Shown here piece by piece: positions 24,561 to 38,296 of a stretch of DNA of 64,000 nucleotides. Each line of letters opens with the position of its first letter. Within the stretch, counting starts at the first letter, position 1. The stretch lies in NCBI GenBank assembly GCA_022813865.1, contig JALDZX010000001.1:186001-250000 (forward strand), read 5' to 3'. Under the pieces are notes generated by a model. The model was given only the letters and a program-made list of their open reading frames with translations. It was not told where the DNA came from and did no database searches. This DNA comes from Xylographa opegraphella (taxonomy: Eukaryota). The position numbers were made by a program, and so were the translations under genes.

Positions 24561-27500
24561 ATGCCTTCCTGGTCATCTCGGCTGCTCTCCACAGGTTCTA
24601 CGTCCAACAACAGTGCCGCACACAGAGGTACTACGCAGGTACACGAAGGAACACCAAAACCGACGACAAGTGAAACGAGTTCCTCCGAGACACCCCTGCG
24701 CAATGTCACGTTCTTACCTCCCGAAAGCTCTCCTACGAGGACTAGTCCGACCAGTCTATCCTCTCATCACGGGCGCTCTATCAGCCATCCATTTCCGGCT
24801 CTGTTTGGTGGTGGTAAGAGGAAGAATAGCAAGGCTGACATACACACGAACGGGGAAGACCTCGACACTGGGGATGAGGATGTAGATTATGGATACCAAT
24901 TGCCACCAACGCCAAGTCAAACGGCAATAGCTAAGGACATGGATCAGCTTCTAGTCACCGGGAGATGTGCAACTTGCGACGCTTTGGTCCGGTGGCCACG
25001 GCATCTGGAAGTCTACAGATGCACAGTGTGTCTTATGATCAACGACTTGAAATCGGCAGTTCGTGACGCCGCAGATGCAACCAGCAGCAATGTAACGCCA
25101 ATTGCGGACACGATTCGCCGTACCAGGATTCCACGAAAAGGTATGCAGGAATTATTTAATTACTGCTACCATTACAGCTCTAATAATTGAATTAGTTCTT
25201 CCGCTATCTTTGGAGAGAACAAGAAGATTGATCGATCAGTGCACAATATCGCTCATAAAAAGTGTAGTGGGTCGAGCTGCTGAAAAGGTCGAAGTTATCG
25301 AGAGCCTACACCAGGGGGAGAGACCCCGTTCAGTCTCGGCACCGGCACATCAATTTCGTGGCGAGCACGATCATTCGTCAAAATCAGGTCAAGACAACAG
25401 CGCTCAGCAGCATCAGATTGTAGAATACGAAACACGCGGCAATTACAGTATTGTACAGAATTGTGAAGATCTATCAATGACCAAAGGCTTAACAGTGCCT
25501 GAAATTTCTGCACCAAGTCGGGCACTTGTTTATCATACTGGACCTCCGCCATCTAGAGTACCTCCACCGCTGCCAATTCTACGCAAGAGCCTGCCGAAAT
25601 CGGCTACTGCGAGTGTCACGAACAATACTTCTAAAAATCCTATTGGAAAATATGTCTTTCATCCCCTGGAAACCTATCTTGCAGCGTGTCTAAGTGATTG
25701 TGAATGCCTCAATGGCTCGTTCGACATTGCTAGACCCTCTCAGCCTGCCCGCGCTGCCAGCGAGGCATCTCTTCTCAGTGAGAAGTCTAAGCGAAATTTT
25801 CAAAGTTCAGACGCACCTTTACCAGGGTTGGACGGAAAAACCCTTCTTTTGGGTAGTTTTGCTGAGAATGGTTTGTGGTGGACAGGAAGCCGACGGCACT
25901 TTCACAAGCAGGGTATCAAGGATGCCAGTAATGCTGGCAAGTCCGGAGAGAAGAAGACGCCTAGGATAGATTGGAGTGCAGTTGTTCAGTGGTATCATGC
26001 GATATTCACTTGCGGCGAGGCTTGGAGCACTCTGTTACAGTCTTTGACTGCTGAGCACAAGGTATCAACTGTGTCTCGGGCCGAGGAACTGGAAATTAGT
26101 GATCTATTGGCCCAAGGTAGATTGCACCTCCAACGAAATTTCCTCAAAAACATCGAGAACCTGCTACGACGACCTGGTCGGCCAGTAAAAACTCCAGAGG
26201 ATTGCCGTTTCCTGCTTATCTTGCTCGCCAATCCACTATTGTATCCATGTCATCGACCCAGTCAGGACGACCTTACACCAGATGATACTGCTTTCGAGGT
26301 GATGAAGCAGCTTAGGAAAAAGTCGATGGAGTCTACCTTACAGATAGAGCGAACCATTTCCGGCGGAAACTCCCATAACTCGAGGGGCGCTGCAACTGGG
26401 CAACACTCTGGTATTATTAAGCGGATACTCGGCTTGATGGCGAATTTGCCTGCTGAATGCCATCAGACACTTGTATCATGGTTTCGTCGCTTCTCCGATA
26501 ACCAATTCAGGGAAACCGTGGACCTTGTTGGGGGCTTTGTATCTTACCGACTGAGCAGACAAAATGGGCGGAAGAGAAGCGTCAACCGCAATTCAAAACC
26601 AGAACTTGTTCCAACCATATCTGGTCCTGGTGCAGGGACATCGGCTCATTTGCATGCAGCCCTGGGTATAAGCCAGAAGCCAAAGGCCTCGGACATAAAA
26701 GGTAGCATCGTTGTCTACAGTGAGGACTGGCAGATCAAAGCTGCAGCCAAGGTTATGTCTCTGTTGTTTGCAGCAAATAATAGCGGGCGCTCAACAGCTT
26801 CTGATCAAAGCAAGAAACTTGTCGGGAAGAGCATGGATCAAGCAAATACACTAAAACATGGTCAGATATTACCAACGAATACCTTCTATAACACACTTCT
26901 TGATTATGCCGATCTAATAGCAGACTTCGAGTGCTGGGAGTCAAGACGAGGAAAGTTTTCTTTCTGCCAATATCCTATGTTCCTGTCGATCTGGGCCAAG
27001 ATTCATATCATGGAGTATGATACTCGGCGACAAATGGAGGTGAAAGCACGAGAGGCATTCTTCAATAGTATATTAAGTAGGAAAGCTATCAATCAGTATT
27101 TGTTGCTGAAGGTACGGCGTGACTGCTTAGTTGATGATAGTCTGCAGGGTATCAGCGAGGTTGTTGGCACAGGTCAAGAAGAGATCAAGAAAGGCTTACG
27201 AATACAGTTTGCTGGGGAGGAGGGCGTTGATGCCGGAGGGTATGCTTTACCGTCACTTAAAGTCCTTTCTCATAACTGATTTTGAAACAGTCTTCGAAAA
27301 GAATGGTTCCTGCTTCTTGTTCGAGAAGTCTTCGATCCAGAACATGGACTATTCATCTACGATGATGAATCCCGTTATTGCTACTTTAATCCCAACAGCT
27401 TTGAAACGTCCGATCAGTTCTATCTTGTGGGTGTGGTACTTGGGCTTGCAATCTACAATTCTACCATACTCGATGTGGCTTTACCGCCTTTCGCCTTTCG

Positions 27501-28278
27501 GAAATTGCTTGCTTCTGCCCCGAATTACAATGGGCCTGTTACTTCGCTGACCCGAGTCCCTGTGGGTTACACTCTCGACGATCTTGCGGAATGGAGACCT
27601 TCCTTGGCAAGAGGCCTGCGACAGTTACTCGAATACGATGGCGACGTCCAAGAGACTTTCTGTCGAGAATTTGTTGTTGACGTCGAGCGGTACGGACAAA
27701 TTGGTCAAGTCGCTCTCTGCACAAACGGTGAGAAACGCTCAGTGACGAACAATAACCGGCAAGAATTTGTCGATCTTTACGTCCGTTACTTGTTGGATAC
27801 AGCAGTGATTCGTCAATTTGAGCCATTCAAAAGGGGATTTTTCACAGTTTGCGGAGGAAATGCCCTGTCCTTGTTTCGACCAGAAGAAATCGAGCTTCTC
27901 ATTCGAGGATCTGACGAGCCCCTTGACGTGACATCTCTACGCGCAGTTGCTACTTACGAGGGCTGGGTACCTGGGGCTGCTGGCCTAAATGGCGAAGAAG
28001 ATCCTGTCATCAACTGGTTCTGGGATGCCTTCGGAGCCGTGGAGCTGAAGTGGCAGCGGAAGATTCTCGGCTTCATCACGGGCAGTGATCGTATACCGGC
28101 TATGGGAGCGACGAGTCTGGTCATCAAGCTGTCCTGTCTTGGAGACAACTACGAAAGATACCCTATCGCCAGGACATGCTTCAATCAGCTCGGCCTTTAC
28201 AGGTACAGGACAAGGACGGAGCTCGAGACAAAGCTCTGGAGGGCAATCAGTGAAAGTGAGGGTTTCGGGCTCAAGTGA
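24561..28278 (+). CDS. HECT E3 ubiquitin ligase (Hul4/Mug30-like)
   Basis: N-terminal CxxC..CxxC motif. HECT motifs F.GEEGVDAGG-LRKEWF, LAIYNSTILD, FITGSDRIP and catalytic PIARTCFN, ending SEGFGLK*. Introns at 25141-25194 and 27240-27290. Confidence 0.92.
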
Positions 28279-28826
28279 ACGGGCGGAGCAGATTCTTTGC
28301 CGGGCATTTGAGGCGGCAAAGCAGAAGCATAGACCTGGCTTTTTGTCGCGTTCAAAGGGAGATGTACATCGAAGATAGGTGTAATTGGGGTCGCCTGGAG
28401 GGAGTCGGCTGTGTTGAAGCAACGCTTCTGAATCATGACAAGAATTATGTTGTACGAAAAGAGAATAGATTGTGAGCATAAGCACCAAGGAACAATATCA
28501 TTGTTGGTCCACGAACAGGAACTCTTCGTGACTACTGTAGAAGTCGACGTCGTGATACCGCACTCTCAATAATAAAGTAGAGTACGAGTGTACCATGAGG
28601 TACCTTAAAATAAGCTGATTGGCGGACGGCTGATGCACAATGACGTACAGGCTTGAAGCAGATCCAAGAATGCGGTTCCAATCTGAGACCCTTGCACTCC
28701 CTTTTCCACCCTACCTTACGCTAGATATTCGAGGTGCACAACCCTATTTCGTGTACGTGAGACTCCGTCCGCTCCGTTCTTGAGTGTTCCTTCCTCTGAT
28801 TTGGCGTTCCGAATAGCTCCCTCACC

Positions 28827-31800
28827 ATGGCGAGTTATACTCCCGGTGCTCATTACAGCGGTAAGTCGATCGCGATGCGAGGAAACAGGTACAGAAGCTG
28901 ATTGAGATGAAAGGTCGAAATAAGATCCCCACAGTCGACAAGTTTTTGAAGTCCCTGGACAGGGACAAGGCCGAACGAGACCGAAAGATCGATGAAGAGC
29001 TCCAAGGCAGGGTCGCTGGAGGAAGTGAAGCGGTTCCACATACACCAGACAAGCCGGATAAGGCGGGGAGTGTGAAGACTGTTACAGATCCCACCACTGG
29101 TCACCAAGTACAGGTATGTGCTGCCTGCGCCGAACAACTTCGAGGTCTACGTCTTTCGCGGCTCGATGCCGACCGTCATGCTGAAATGACGGCGTGTGCA
29201 GATTGCGGATGTCAACAAAGAATTCATGGACGCGGTGAGGGATCCCAAGGTATGGTAGAACCTCGAATCTACAGTATGCACTATACTGAGATATACAGCT
29301 GTCTGTCCCCAACGCCAACCTTGGCAAGGACACCGTAAGTGAATATCTGCGATTTGGTCCAGAGTATCACAATGTTTACCTTGCAACATAGTCGGTCAAG
29401 ACTGATGCCACACAATCCGGTGAGGAATACAAACACAATCAAGATATCACGGCACCGCCGGATCCTATCGCGCCCGGCAGCACTTCAGATGTTCCTATAC
29501 ATGGCGAAAAGACCAATATCCTCTTCCATCCCACCCCATCAATCAGCTATGAACCGATGTACGCTTCCTTGGAGAAGCAAGCCGACGCATTATGCCTGAC
29601 ATTGTTTCTTGCGATTGTGATTGTGGGCAAAATGTTCGGAGGCTCTCTTTGGGGTTTGATTCCTCTAGGAGCGTGTATCGGCTCTGGTGTCTTCCTGTGG
29701 ATGAAGGAGCTCGTACGCCGAGGAAGGGAGTTGGAATGGTCAAGTGAGCAACAGCGAGGTGAAACAGCGGTCGCAAATCTACTTCCAGAATCTGTCGAGT
29801 GGATGAATCATTTCCTCGAGATTCTTTGGTGAGTAGGAGCCAGCATACGTGTCACACTTTATACTGACAAGAAATAGGGGGCTTATCAATCCAGATATGT
29901 TTGCAAGCGTTGCTGATACTCTGGAAGACGTCATGCAAGCCTCAGTACCAGGCGTCATTGAGAGCGTACGAGTTGCCGAAATCAATCAAGGCAATAACCC
30001 GCTGCGGATATTGAGTCTTCGAGCACTGCCAGACTCGCACGTCAAAGACCTCAAAGAGAGTATCCACAAGGAGAACAAGAAGACCAAGGACCCCCAGGAG
30101 GCCGCTGCCGACGAGGAAGGAGGAGACTATTATAATATCGAGGTCTCCTTTGCCTACCATGCAAAACCGACGCAACCTGGGGACCAATCAGCCAAAGCTA
30201 GAAACATGCACATGGAGCTGGTATTCTATCTTGGATTGAAAGGCTTCTTCGGTGTACCTTTACCCGTATTTGTTGAACTGCAGGGGCTTGTGGGCACTGT
30301 GAGACTAAGGCTACAGATGACGCCCGAGCCACCCTTTGCCAAGAATCTTACCTTCACTTTAATGGGTGTGCCTCAAGTCACAGCAGGATGTATACCCATG
30401 ATGAAGCGTGGACCGAACATTCTCAATCTACCGCTGATTACCAATTTCGTCAACTATGCCATTGGTGCTGCAGCAAGCATGTATGTCGCCCCTAAGTCAA
30501 TGTCACTCGATCTTGGGGCGATGCTCGCAGGGGACGACGTCCAAAAGGACGTGCAAGCACTTGGCGTAATGTGCATCCGCATACACCGGGCAATTGGCCT
30601 AAGCAAGCAAGACAAACGAGGAAGTAAACACGGCGGATCGGACCCATATATCAATATCTCTTTCTCGAAATATGGCAAGCCGATGTACTGCACCAGGGTC
30701 ATCACCGACGATTTGAATCCGATTTACGAGGAGACAACCGCCCTGCTTGTGACTCCAGAGATTATCAAAGCCGATGAGCAGCTAAGCGTCGAACTATGGG
30801 ATTCGGACAGAATGAGTGCAGACGATATCGTAGGGAAAGTGGAACTGTCGATGCAAAAGCTAATACAGCATCCTGGAAAGATGTACCCACAGGTATCCAA
30901 ATTGACCGGCATGGAAGCTGACAGCGAAATGCCGGGGGAGCTGCGTTGGGAAGTCGGATACTTCACGAAACCGAAATTCAGACCTGCTCTACGTACAGAT
31001 GGCAAAGATCAAAACCTTCCGGATGCACTCAAAGATCACGAAGCTCTCCAAGACGATACCGGCACGATAGATACAGATGAGAAGGATGCTGTTATGCACA
31101 CGCCTCCGGACCCCTTGTGGCCGAGCGGAGTATGTAGTATCGTTATCCACCAAATAGTGAGCCTTGAACTGGAGAACATTGAAGGTTCACATGGCAAGCG
31201 AAAAGGCCGCGAATACGAACCCGCGAAGCCGTACGGCGAGCAAACAGAAGAAGAGTCGAAAAAACTACCTTCCAGTTACTGTACCATCCTCTTTAATGAC
31301 CAGCTCGTATACCGCACACGTGCGAAAGCTGTTAGCAGCAAGCCAATCTTTAATGCTGGCACAGAACGTTTTATTCGCGACTGGAGGTCTGCAATTGTGA
31401 CCGTCACTGTTCGGGACTCCAGATATCGACAACATGATCCAATCTTAGGCGTTGTGCCTCTAAGACTTTCCGAACTCTTTTCCACAAAATCGCAGGTGAC
31501 CCGGTGGTACCCTCTTGATGGTGGTATTGTAAGTTTTCCGGCGTCCCATTTGTGAGCACGATTTCTAATCCAGTTCAGGGGTTCGGTCGGATTCGTATAT
31601 CTCTACTTTTCAGATCCGTTGAGCTTCAACTTCCTTCTAATATGCTTGGATGGGAAGTTGGTACTTTTGAGTTTCTTTCCGATAAGATTGTGGCCGCTAG
31701 TTACACTGGCCGTGCGAAACTAAAAATGAGGACTGGTGGTAGCACAGGCGCTATATCCAAAACTCAATGTCGGAGTCTTGAGGAGGGCCATGGTATGTGC

Positions 31801-32871
31801 TGGGATATTGCGAAAAAAGATGGGAAGAACAATGTTAGATTGCCCGTCAAATTCCGCTACCGGTCGCCTGTCGTCTTCGAGTTTCACACTGCCGGAAAAC
31901 GGGATGCTCAAGCCTACGCCATTGTCTGGCTTCATCACTTGGTAGACAACGAGCCAACTGACATTGACATTCCAATTTGGACGACCAAACAAGGCGACCG
32001 TCTCTGTCAGAACTACATTACAGAAGAAAATGTGAGGGCGAAAGAAGTCTCCGGCCTGGATGATCTGCAGGAAATCGGCCGCTTGCAATTCCGCTGTCAA
32101 TTTAAAGCCGGCACAGATGAGTCTCACGAGCAATTCGTTGTCGACAACGACAGCCGTGAAACCTACGAGAGTTGGGAAGCCTGTCTGGCGGAAGGTGTGC
32201 GTACCCGCCAGGTGGTGCCGGAGGTTCCAGCGAATGTGCAGGAGCTTCACGAGAAGAGTCTCACCCAAGGCCGCGATGTGCTCGAGCAAGCCGACCCGGA
32301 AGAGAAGAAGAAATGGCTCGCCAAGGATGGGCAGGACTGGAGCGGCGCGTTCGGCCACGACCCAAAGGCATACATGGACTCCGCAGGCCGCAAGCGCGCG
32401 GAGCCCGGCCGCGAGAAACCGGTCAAAGACCCCATCGTGCCGGCCGACCACGACCGCGGCCTCGGCCCCTACCGTGGCCTCGGTCCGTTCCCCGAAGACG
32501 AAGACGACGACGGCGACGACGATGACGACAACGACAGCGACTCGGACTCCGAGGATCTCGGCATCAAAGACGCGACCACCACCACCACCAGCTCGTCCGC
32601 TCAGCACACACCCGGCCCTTCGCAGACCGAAGGTCCCTCGGACGGGGCCCTGCCCAACGGCACCAACGAGAGTCCGAAGCAGGCCGCGGCGCGGGACGAG
32701 AAGGCGAATAAGAAGAGCGAGAAGCGCAAGCAGCGCGGCTTGATGCAGTGGAAGCCGTTGCGGAACGCGGCGTTTGCGAAGGACGAGATGGGCTTCGCCA
32801 TGAAGCGCGTAAGGACTAAGTTGACGGGCGGATTGGGTGGCAGGGAGCCGGATGTGGAGACGGAGGTGTAG
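28827..32871 (+). CDS. SMP + C2 domain tricalbin-like protein (Mug190-like)
   Basis: Starts MASYTPGAHYSG-RNKIPTV with multiple introns. Contains a TM hairpin, the SMP start PESVEWMN, C2 motifs SDPYINISF, WDSDR..ADD and TVRDSR...DPILG, and an acidic tail. Confidence 0.88.
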
Positions 32872-33419
32872 GAAGGTTAGAGGAGGGGGAGGGGGTGGGG
32901 AGGTGGGGTATGAGCGGTGGGATGTGGATGCGTGCGTGTGCGTGCGTTGGCTGGCTGGATGGATGGAATGTTTCGTTAAGCTGGGAGGATTCTATCATCG
33001 GTGCAGATTTGATGGGGGGGTAAGTGCTGCTGATGTATGATTGGAAGTAATGAACGAATCCCTTGCCTTCCCTTCTCTTCCCTTCCCTTCTCATGCTAGC
33101 CGCGTGAAACAAGCCTCTCTCTATCTCGACGCATGCCTCGCCTCCTTTACAACTAATCCTCACAGAGCGTAACTACCAGCTACCAGCTATACACCTCAAG
33201 CCCCGAGGCCCGAACCCCGCCCGACCACGCACCGCGGTACGGTGCCCGCTGGCGTTCCAGTCCATATACAAAAATGTTGATATGTTGGACCGGATAGTTC
33301 CGGGGCTGGGCGCCTCGCGCATGGTTTAAGGTAGGGTCTTTTATGGTATCGTTGTGGGGTGGGGGGAGGGGGCGGAGAGTTACGCAGCTGTTCGGGACGG
33401 GCACGGGGGGGAAAAGGGG

Positions 33420-33426
33420 NNNNNNN
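33420..33426. other. Assembly gap (7 N) in a G-rich tract
   Basis: N characters seen directly. Confidence 0.99.
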
Positions 33427-34031
33427 NGTTTCGATGATGGGGTTTAGGATATCGACGTCGATATAGAGGGAGTGGGGTTTTTTGCGGGGGCGGTACGTTG
33501 TGGACTGTGAGGGGAGGACTGATAGGGAACTAAACACTCGATATGGAAGGAACGAGGATCAGCTGCCTGAAAACGCTTTGCACGATCACGGGTGCGTACG
33601 CTATAGAGCCGCCGGGAGAGAGAGAGGTGAAGTTGAGAATTTGGTTGGGTGCTGGCTACCTTAGGCTAGGAGTATCTATCTAAGGTATCTATCTAGGTAC
33701 TCGTAGGTAAGATAGGTAGGTATTTCAGCGATGCGGACGCGGGCGAGCGTGGCACGTAGGTGTCGTTTCGTCTCTCGTGAGAGGGTAGCAGCGTGGTGGA
33801 GGCGGCTGGGCAGGGGCCTGCTGCCCGCCTTGGCGATGCGGCCACGGGTCTGGGGTTTGGGATGGGCGGCTTCGAGCGGTGATGTCTGCGTGGTGGGGGT
33901 TCGTTCGTTGGGTTCTGTTGCCCTCAAGCGAATGTCGTCTGTGGCTGCTGGTGGCTGCTGCTGCTGCAGAGATTGATGGTTCGTGAAGATTCGTTCTTCG
34001 TCGTGAGTCTTCTGGGACCGAAGGCTCGTTC

Positions 34032-34787
34032 TTATATCCCGGCTGCAGGCGGTAGTGGAGTCACGTCTTCGTCCTCTTCCGCATCGCCCACGCCTTTTCG
34101 CAGCAGCGGTCCGGCGTCGGGGGATAGTCGTCCATCCTCTGCCGAGCCGATCGTCCAGACCCATTCCCGCCTCCGTTTGCACCGCCCGGAGATCGGTGTC
34201 GAAGGCATATCCTCCGGGTCGTCACTGTCGTTATGTTCGTAAGGGTCGGAAGCTCTTCCGCGCTTGTGATTCGAGGCGCTCGACTCGGAGTCTGTGTCTG
34301 AGAGCTCTGATGTCTCCTCCACGATCGGTGTCGGCATCAGCTCTTCTAACATTTCGTGGAACACCACCCGCTTGACTGGCGGGAACATCCGGTGCGGTGT
34401 TCTCGTGGAAGTAGCGGTGACATAGCGTGGTGGAAGGGGACTGTTCCGAAGGATGCCACGCGCGCCAATGGGGAGAAAGTAGGGGACGTTCGGCGAGGTT
34501 TCGGATGAGGAGAGCGGTGATGACGAGCGGTGAGGTCCGGGGATCGCTCGAGGCCCTGATGATAGGGGAGGGTGGTCTACTGCTTGTGCGGAGGAGGATG
34601 GCGCTGGTCGATCCTTCAAAGCATTCTCGTACGTGTTACGAAGTGTAGGGGAGTCGGATGAATGGCCGATGCTGAGTGCGTTTGCAGATCTTGGGGCAAA
34701 CGGCTGTGGTATGGTTGAAGTCTGGAGCGACAGCTTCGGTCTTTTGGGTATGGACAATCGAGGAAGTGGTAGGACGGCGACGCTCAT
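34032..34787 (-). CDS. Disordered fungal hypothetical protein with short linear motifs
   Basis: Long S/P-rich ORF with motifs KRPKLSLQT, SPTLRNT, ILRNSPLP, KRVVF and KRRREWVWTIG. The start could be an upstream in-frame ATG. Confidence 0.75.
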   Translation of the reverse strand: MSVAVLPLPRLSIPKRPKLSLQTSTIPQPFAPRSANALSIGHSSDSPTLRNTYENALKDRPAPSSSAQAVDHPPLSSGPRAIPGPHRSSSPLSSSETSPNVPYFLPIGARGILRNSPLPPRYVTATSTRTPHRMFPPVKRVVFHEMLEELMPTPIVEETSELSDTDSESSASNHKRGRASDPYEHNDSDDPEDMPSTPISGRCKRRREWVWTIGSAEDGRLSPDAGPLLRKGVGDAEEDEDVTPLPPAAGI

Positions 34788-35726
34788 GGTATCAGAAGAG
34801 GATGGGTTCTGTTCAGGTGGTACCGGTGGCGCTGACATGCAGAGGGTGCGCTTCCCTGCGAACTTGCAGGTCTCGTTATATGGTATATGTAGGCTTGGGG
34901 ATTGGAGCCGCATTGGCAGCGTGGTCATAGCCGGACGGCGAGTTGCGATGAGAGGCTGAGCAGGGGTGGGTCATCGGACAATGGAGGTTCGACCTTCGTG
35001 GCTGGAGGAGCAATTCGTGTAGGAGAGTGTGACGTGCGCCGGATCGATCAGCATGGCAATGAAAGAGGGCGGTGTCGGATAGAAAAGCAGCAGCAAAGGA
35101 CGACGAACAGGCTCAGCGGCGAATGCATGAAAGAAGAGATGAGGGCATGAGCGACATAGCTTGCAAGCACCTAGCAAATGCCGTCTGTGGGGCTTGAGGG
35201 AAGTTCGAAGCGACGGAGTGAGGAGGGTGGTGGGACGGGGGTAGCCTCGACCTGCTATCAGGAGAGGCTCACAGGAGGAGTGGCAGCAGCTTCGTTGGAC
35301 GTTTTGAAAAAGGAGGGCTCAGCAGGAGGGGATTTTAATTAGCTGGCGATGGAATGTCGTCCGTCTCGTGGTAGCACATTAAGGTAGTGTCCATCCTGCT
35401 GCCTCGGGGAGAAGAGGTTCTCGCCGCTTCTCTCTGCCCGGAGCATCCACCACGTTAAGCGCCGAACGGACTAGACCGGCCTCGGCTCTAAAAACAGACT
35501 CGGCCGTTTATATTTAGCTCACTGGGTTCACGCTAACTACATTCCGCTTAGAGCTCCCACGTTGCGCCATGCCTCGGTCCGCTTTACATGCCGGCTCCGA
35601 TTTCCTAAATTTAATCCCACGAACGAGATTCTCTCCTGCCCAGTAAGACAGTGAGACAGTGTACGGAGTACGGAGTAGCAAGCCAACTCGACGCCTGCGA
35701 CGACGCCCGTCCGCGTCGAGCGACCC

Positions 35727-37703
35727 ATGAGGGAGCCTCCGTCGACGCGTGCCCCAACAAGACACGACGACAGACTAATTATACACTTTGTAATTCTTGC
35801 ACCGGAAACCAGCTGACCTGACCAACGACAACAAGCTGATACTCTCGTCCAGGATTATGACTGCTTCTACGCCGCGGTTTTCGAGGCCGAGAACCCCGTG
35901 CTCAAGTCGCTGCCGCTGGCCGTGCAGCAGAAACATATCATAGTCACTTGCAACTATGAGGCTCGCCGCAGAGGACTCCACAAGCTACAGCTGATCAACG
36001 AAGCCCGGATGACGTGCCCGGACGTGATCATCGTGCTGGGGGAAGATCTGACACGCTTTCGGAATGCTTCCAAGGAGCTCTATGCCTTTCTGAAGAGCTT
36101 TGTGTGGAGTCAAAAGGCCGAGAGACTAGGCTTCGATGAAGTGTTCCTAGACGTGACAGACATTGTAGACTACAACCTAGACATTCTCAATCACAATTCT
36201 TTACCAGACTCATTTTTCCACCTTGGCCGCTCTGATCCGACTCTTGGCTTTTCATACGATGCTTCCTGCTTTGCCGGAAATACCTTCCCAGCTGCTTCAG
36301 ACGAGAATGAGCCTCAACCTATGTTTACCTCGTTTCCAAAAACAGACTCGTCGGAGGCTACTGACTTTGACCGCCTGGAACTTCGTTTGCGGTTAGGATC
36401 CCACTTGGCGCAATATCTTAGGCATCAACTCGAGGAGCAGAAAGGATACACGTCTACGGTAGGCATCAGCACTAACAAACTTCTATCCAAGCTCGTCGGA
36501 AATGTCAATAAGCCCACCAACCAAACGACGCTCAGACCGCCCTATTCACCTACCTCAGGCAATGCTAAAAGCAATGTGTTGAGTTTCATAGACGACCACG
36601 ACATCGGGCAGATCCCAGGCATTGGATGCAAACTCGCCCATAAGCTTCGGAATTATGTGTTGGGTCGCGAGCCACAGTTTGACGAAGGACTAGTGTGGGG
36701 CGGGACGAAGGAGAACGTCAAAGCTCGAGATGTGAGGCTTTTCCCTGGTATGAGTTCCGAGGTGCTGAACGAGGTACTCAAAGGGCCCGGCTCGCACAAG
36801 GACACTGGCGTCAAGGTGTGGGGTCTACTGCACGGTGTCGACGATACTGAAGTCGCGAAAGCAAGGAGTGTACCGCGGCAGATCAGCATCGAGGACAGCT
36901 ATCTTCGACTTGACACGTTGACACAGATACACAAAGAATTGCTGATGCTAACGTCAAGTCTCATTCGTAGAATGCATCTTGATCTCACAGAACCCGAAGA
37001 TGATGGGAACGTATTTGATGAGGACGAGGGCATCAAGGCCGATACTATTGACACGTCCAGACGATGGCTTGCTCATCCTCGGGTCTTGCGCCTCACCACT
37101 CGGCCTCGGCCGCCCGTACAAGCAGACGGAACTCGGAGTCGATCCTTCAAACGGATCTCCCGCTCCACAACGCTGCCGTCTTTTGTCTTTCGGCTTGCTG
37201 ATAGCATTGAAACAATAGCGGAGAAGCTGGTGAACGAAGCACTGCTGCCATTGTTTCGAAAGCTTCACCCCGAGACTTCTGGATGGGACCTCAGCCTAGT
37301 GAACGTTGCTGTCACAGACATGATAGAGACTGCAAGTGATGGCAAAGGTGGTGGAGGCCGAGATATTGGACGAATGTTCAGAAGACAAAATGAAGTTCTG
37401 AAAGAGTGGAAGGTAATAGAACAAGACATGGCACCTTCACCACACGGTACAGATGAGCAGCACAAGGCAGAAGACCGTATGGAAATGATAAGTAATGACT
37501 ACGAAAATCAGCATCAGCTGAATACCCATAAAGGCTCAGAAGATGACCTGTTTTACACACAGACCACCACTGTTGAGGATGAGAGTCAATGGGACAGCGA
37601 TGAGGTCGACTCCCACATAGGAAATGCGTGCAATATATGCGGAGCAACCATGCCATCTTTTGCGATGATTGCGCACGAGAGATTTCATCTGAACCCTGAT
37701 TGA
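35727..37703 (+). CDS. Y-family translesion DNA polymerase (Pol iota-like)
   Basis: IIHF|DYDCFYA spans intron 35790-35852. Also VTCNYEARRRG, ERLGFDEVFLDVT, STNKLLSKL and a C-terminal CxxC..HxxxH (UBZ-like) finger. Confidence 0.92.
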
Positions 37704-38296
37704 GGTGGACTCCTAGGAGGTTACGCTATTACTCCTGGAAGATCTTGAGCATCGTGCTTGAGCAGAGGCTGATCATGTTGAGGAAGTCGGTATCTTCATG
37801 ATTGGTGGATGGAATATGCACCCCCTTGAGTTTGTCCACACGCTGTACAGCTTCCTGCTGAGCAGGAACACTTGCGGAAGCGTACGGGCTGGTCGCTCGA
37901 CAGTGCCCTACTAAGGTAGATAGTGCTATAAACGTATTCTTGCTAAATATACCGTCCATTATATTGCCATTATTGGCAGCTTTGGATGAAACATGCATAT
38001 CCCGGCAATTTGATGGCTCTTTTCGGTGGGTGCTTTGGGTGTGGAAACCTTCCTGATCGTCGTTGGAATGTAATCAGGATTGTACTTTCTAACATTCCTT
38101 CTCGTTCAGATGTCGCTGGGAGGACTCGGGAGGCGACTTTCGAAACGCCTGTGGTGTTTGGAGAGTATTTTGAGGATTCTTGACCAACTTCCAAGTCCAC
38201 GTAAACGGTTTGAGTTTTATGATGGGTATCAAACGCAGTTCGCTTGCACAGTTGACACAACTCCGCCACCTTGAATCTTTCGTGAGCAATTTCATT

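Noticed and set aside
33655..33725. TAGG/TATC-rich low-complexity tract resembling a telomere repeat
   Set aside because: Irregular, with no tandem TTAGGG array.
37729..37998. 89-aa minus-strand ORF between the polymerase and GET2
   Set aside because: It lies in a convergent 3'UTR region and matches no family I recognise. It cannot be supported without a homology search.
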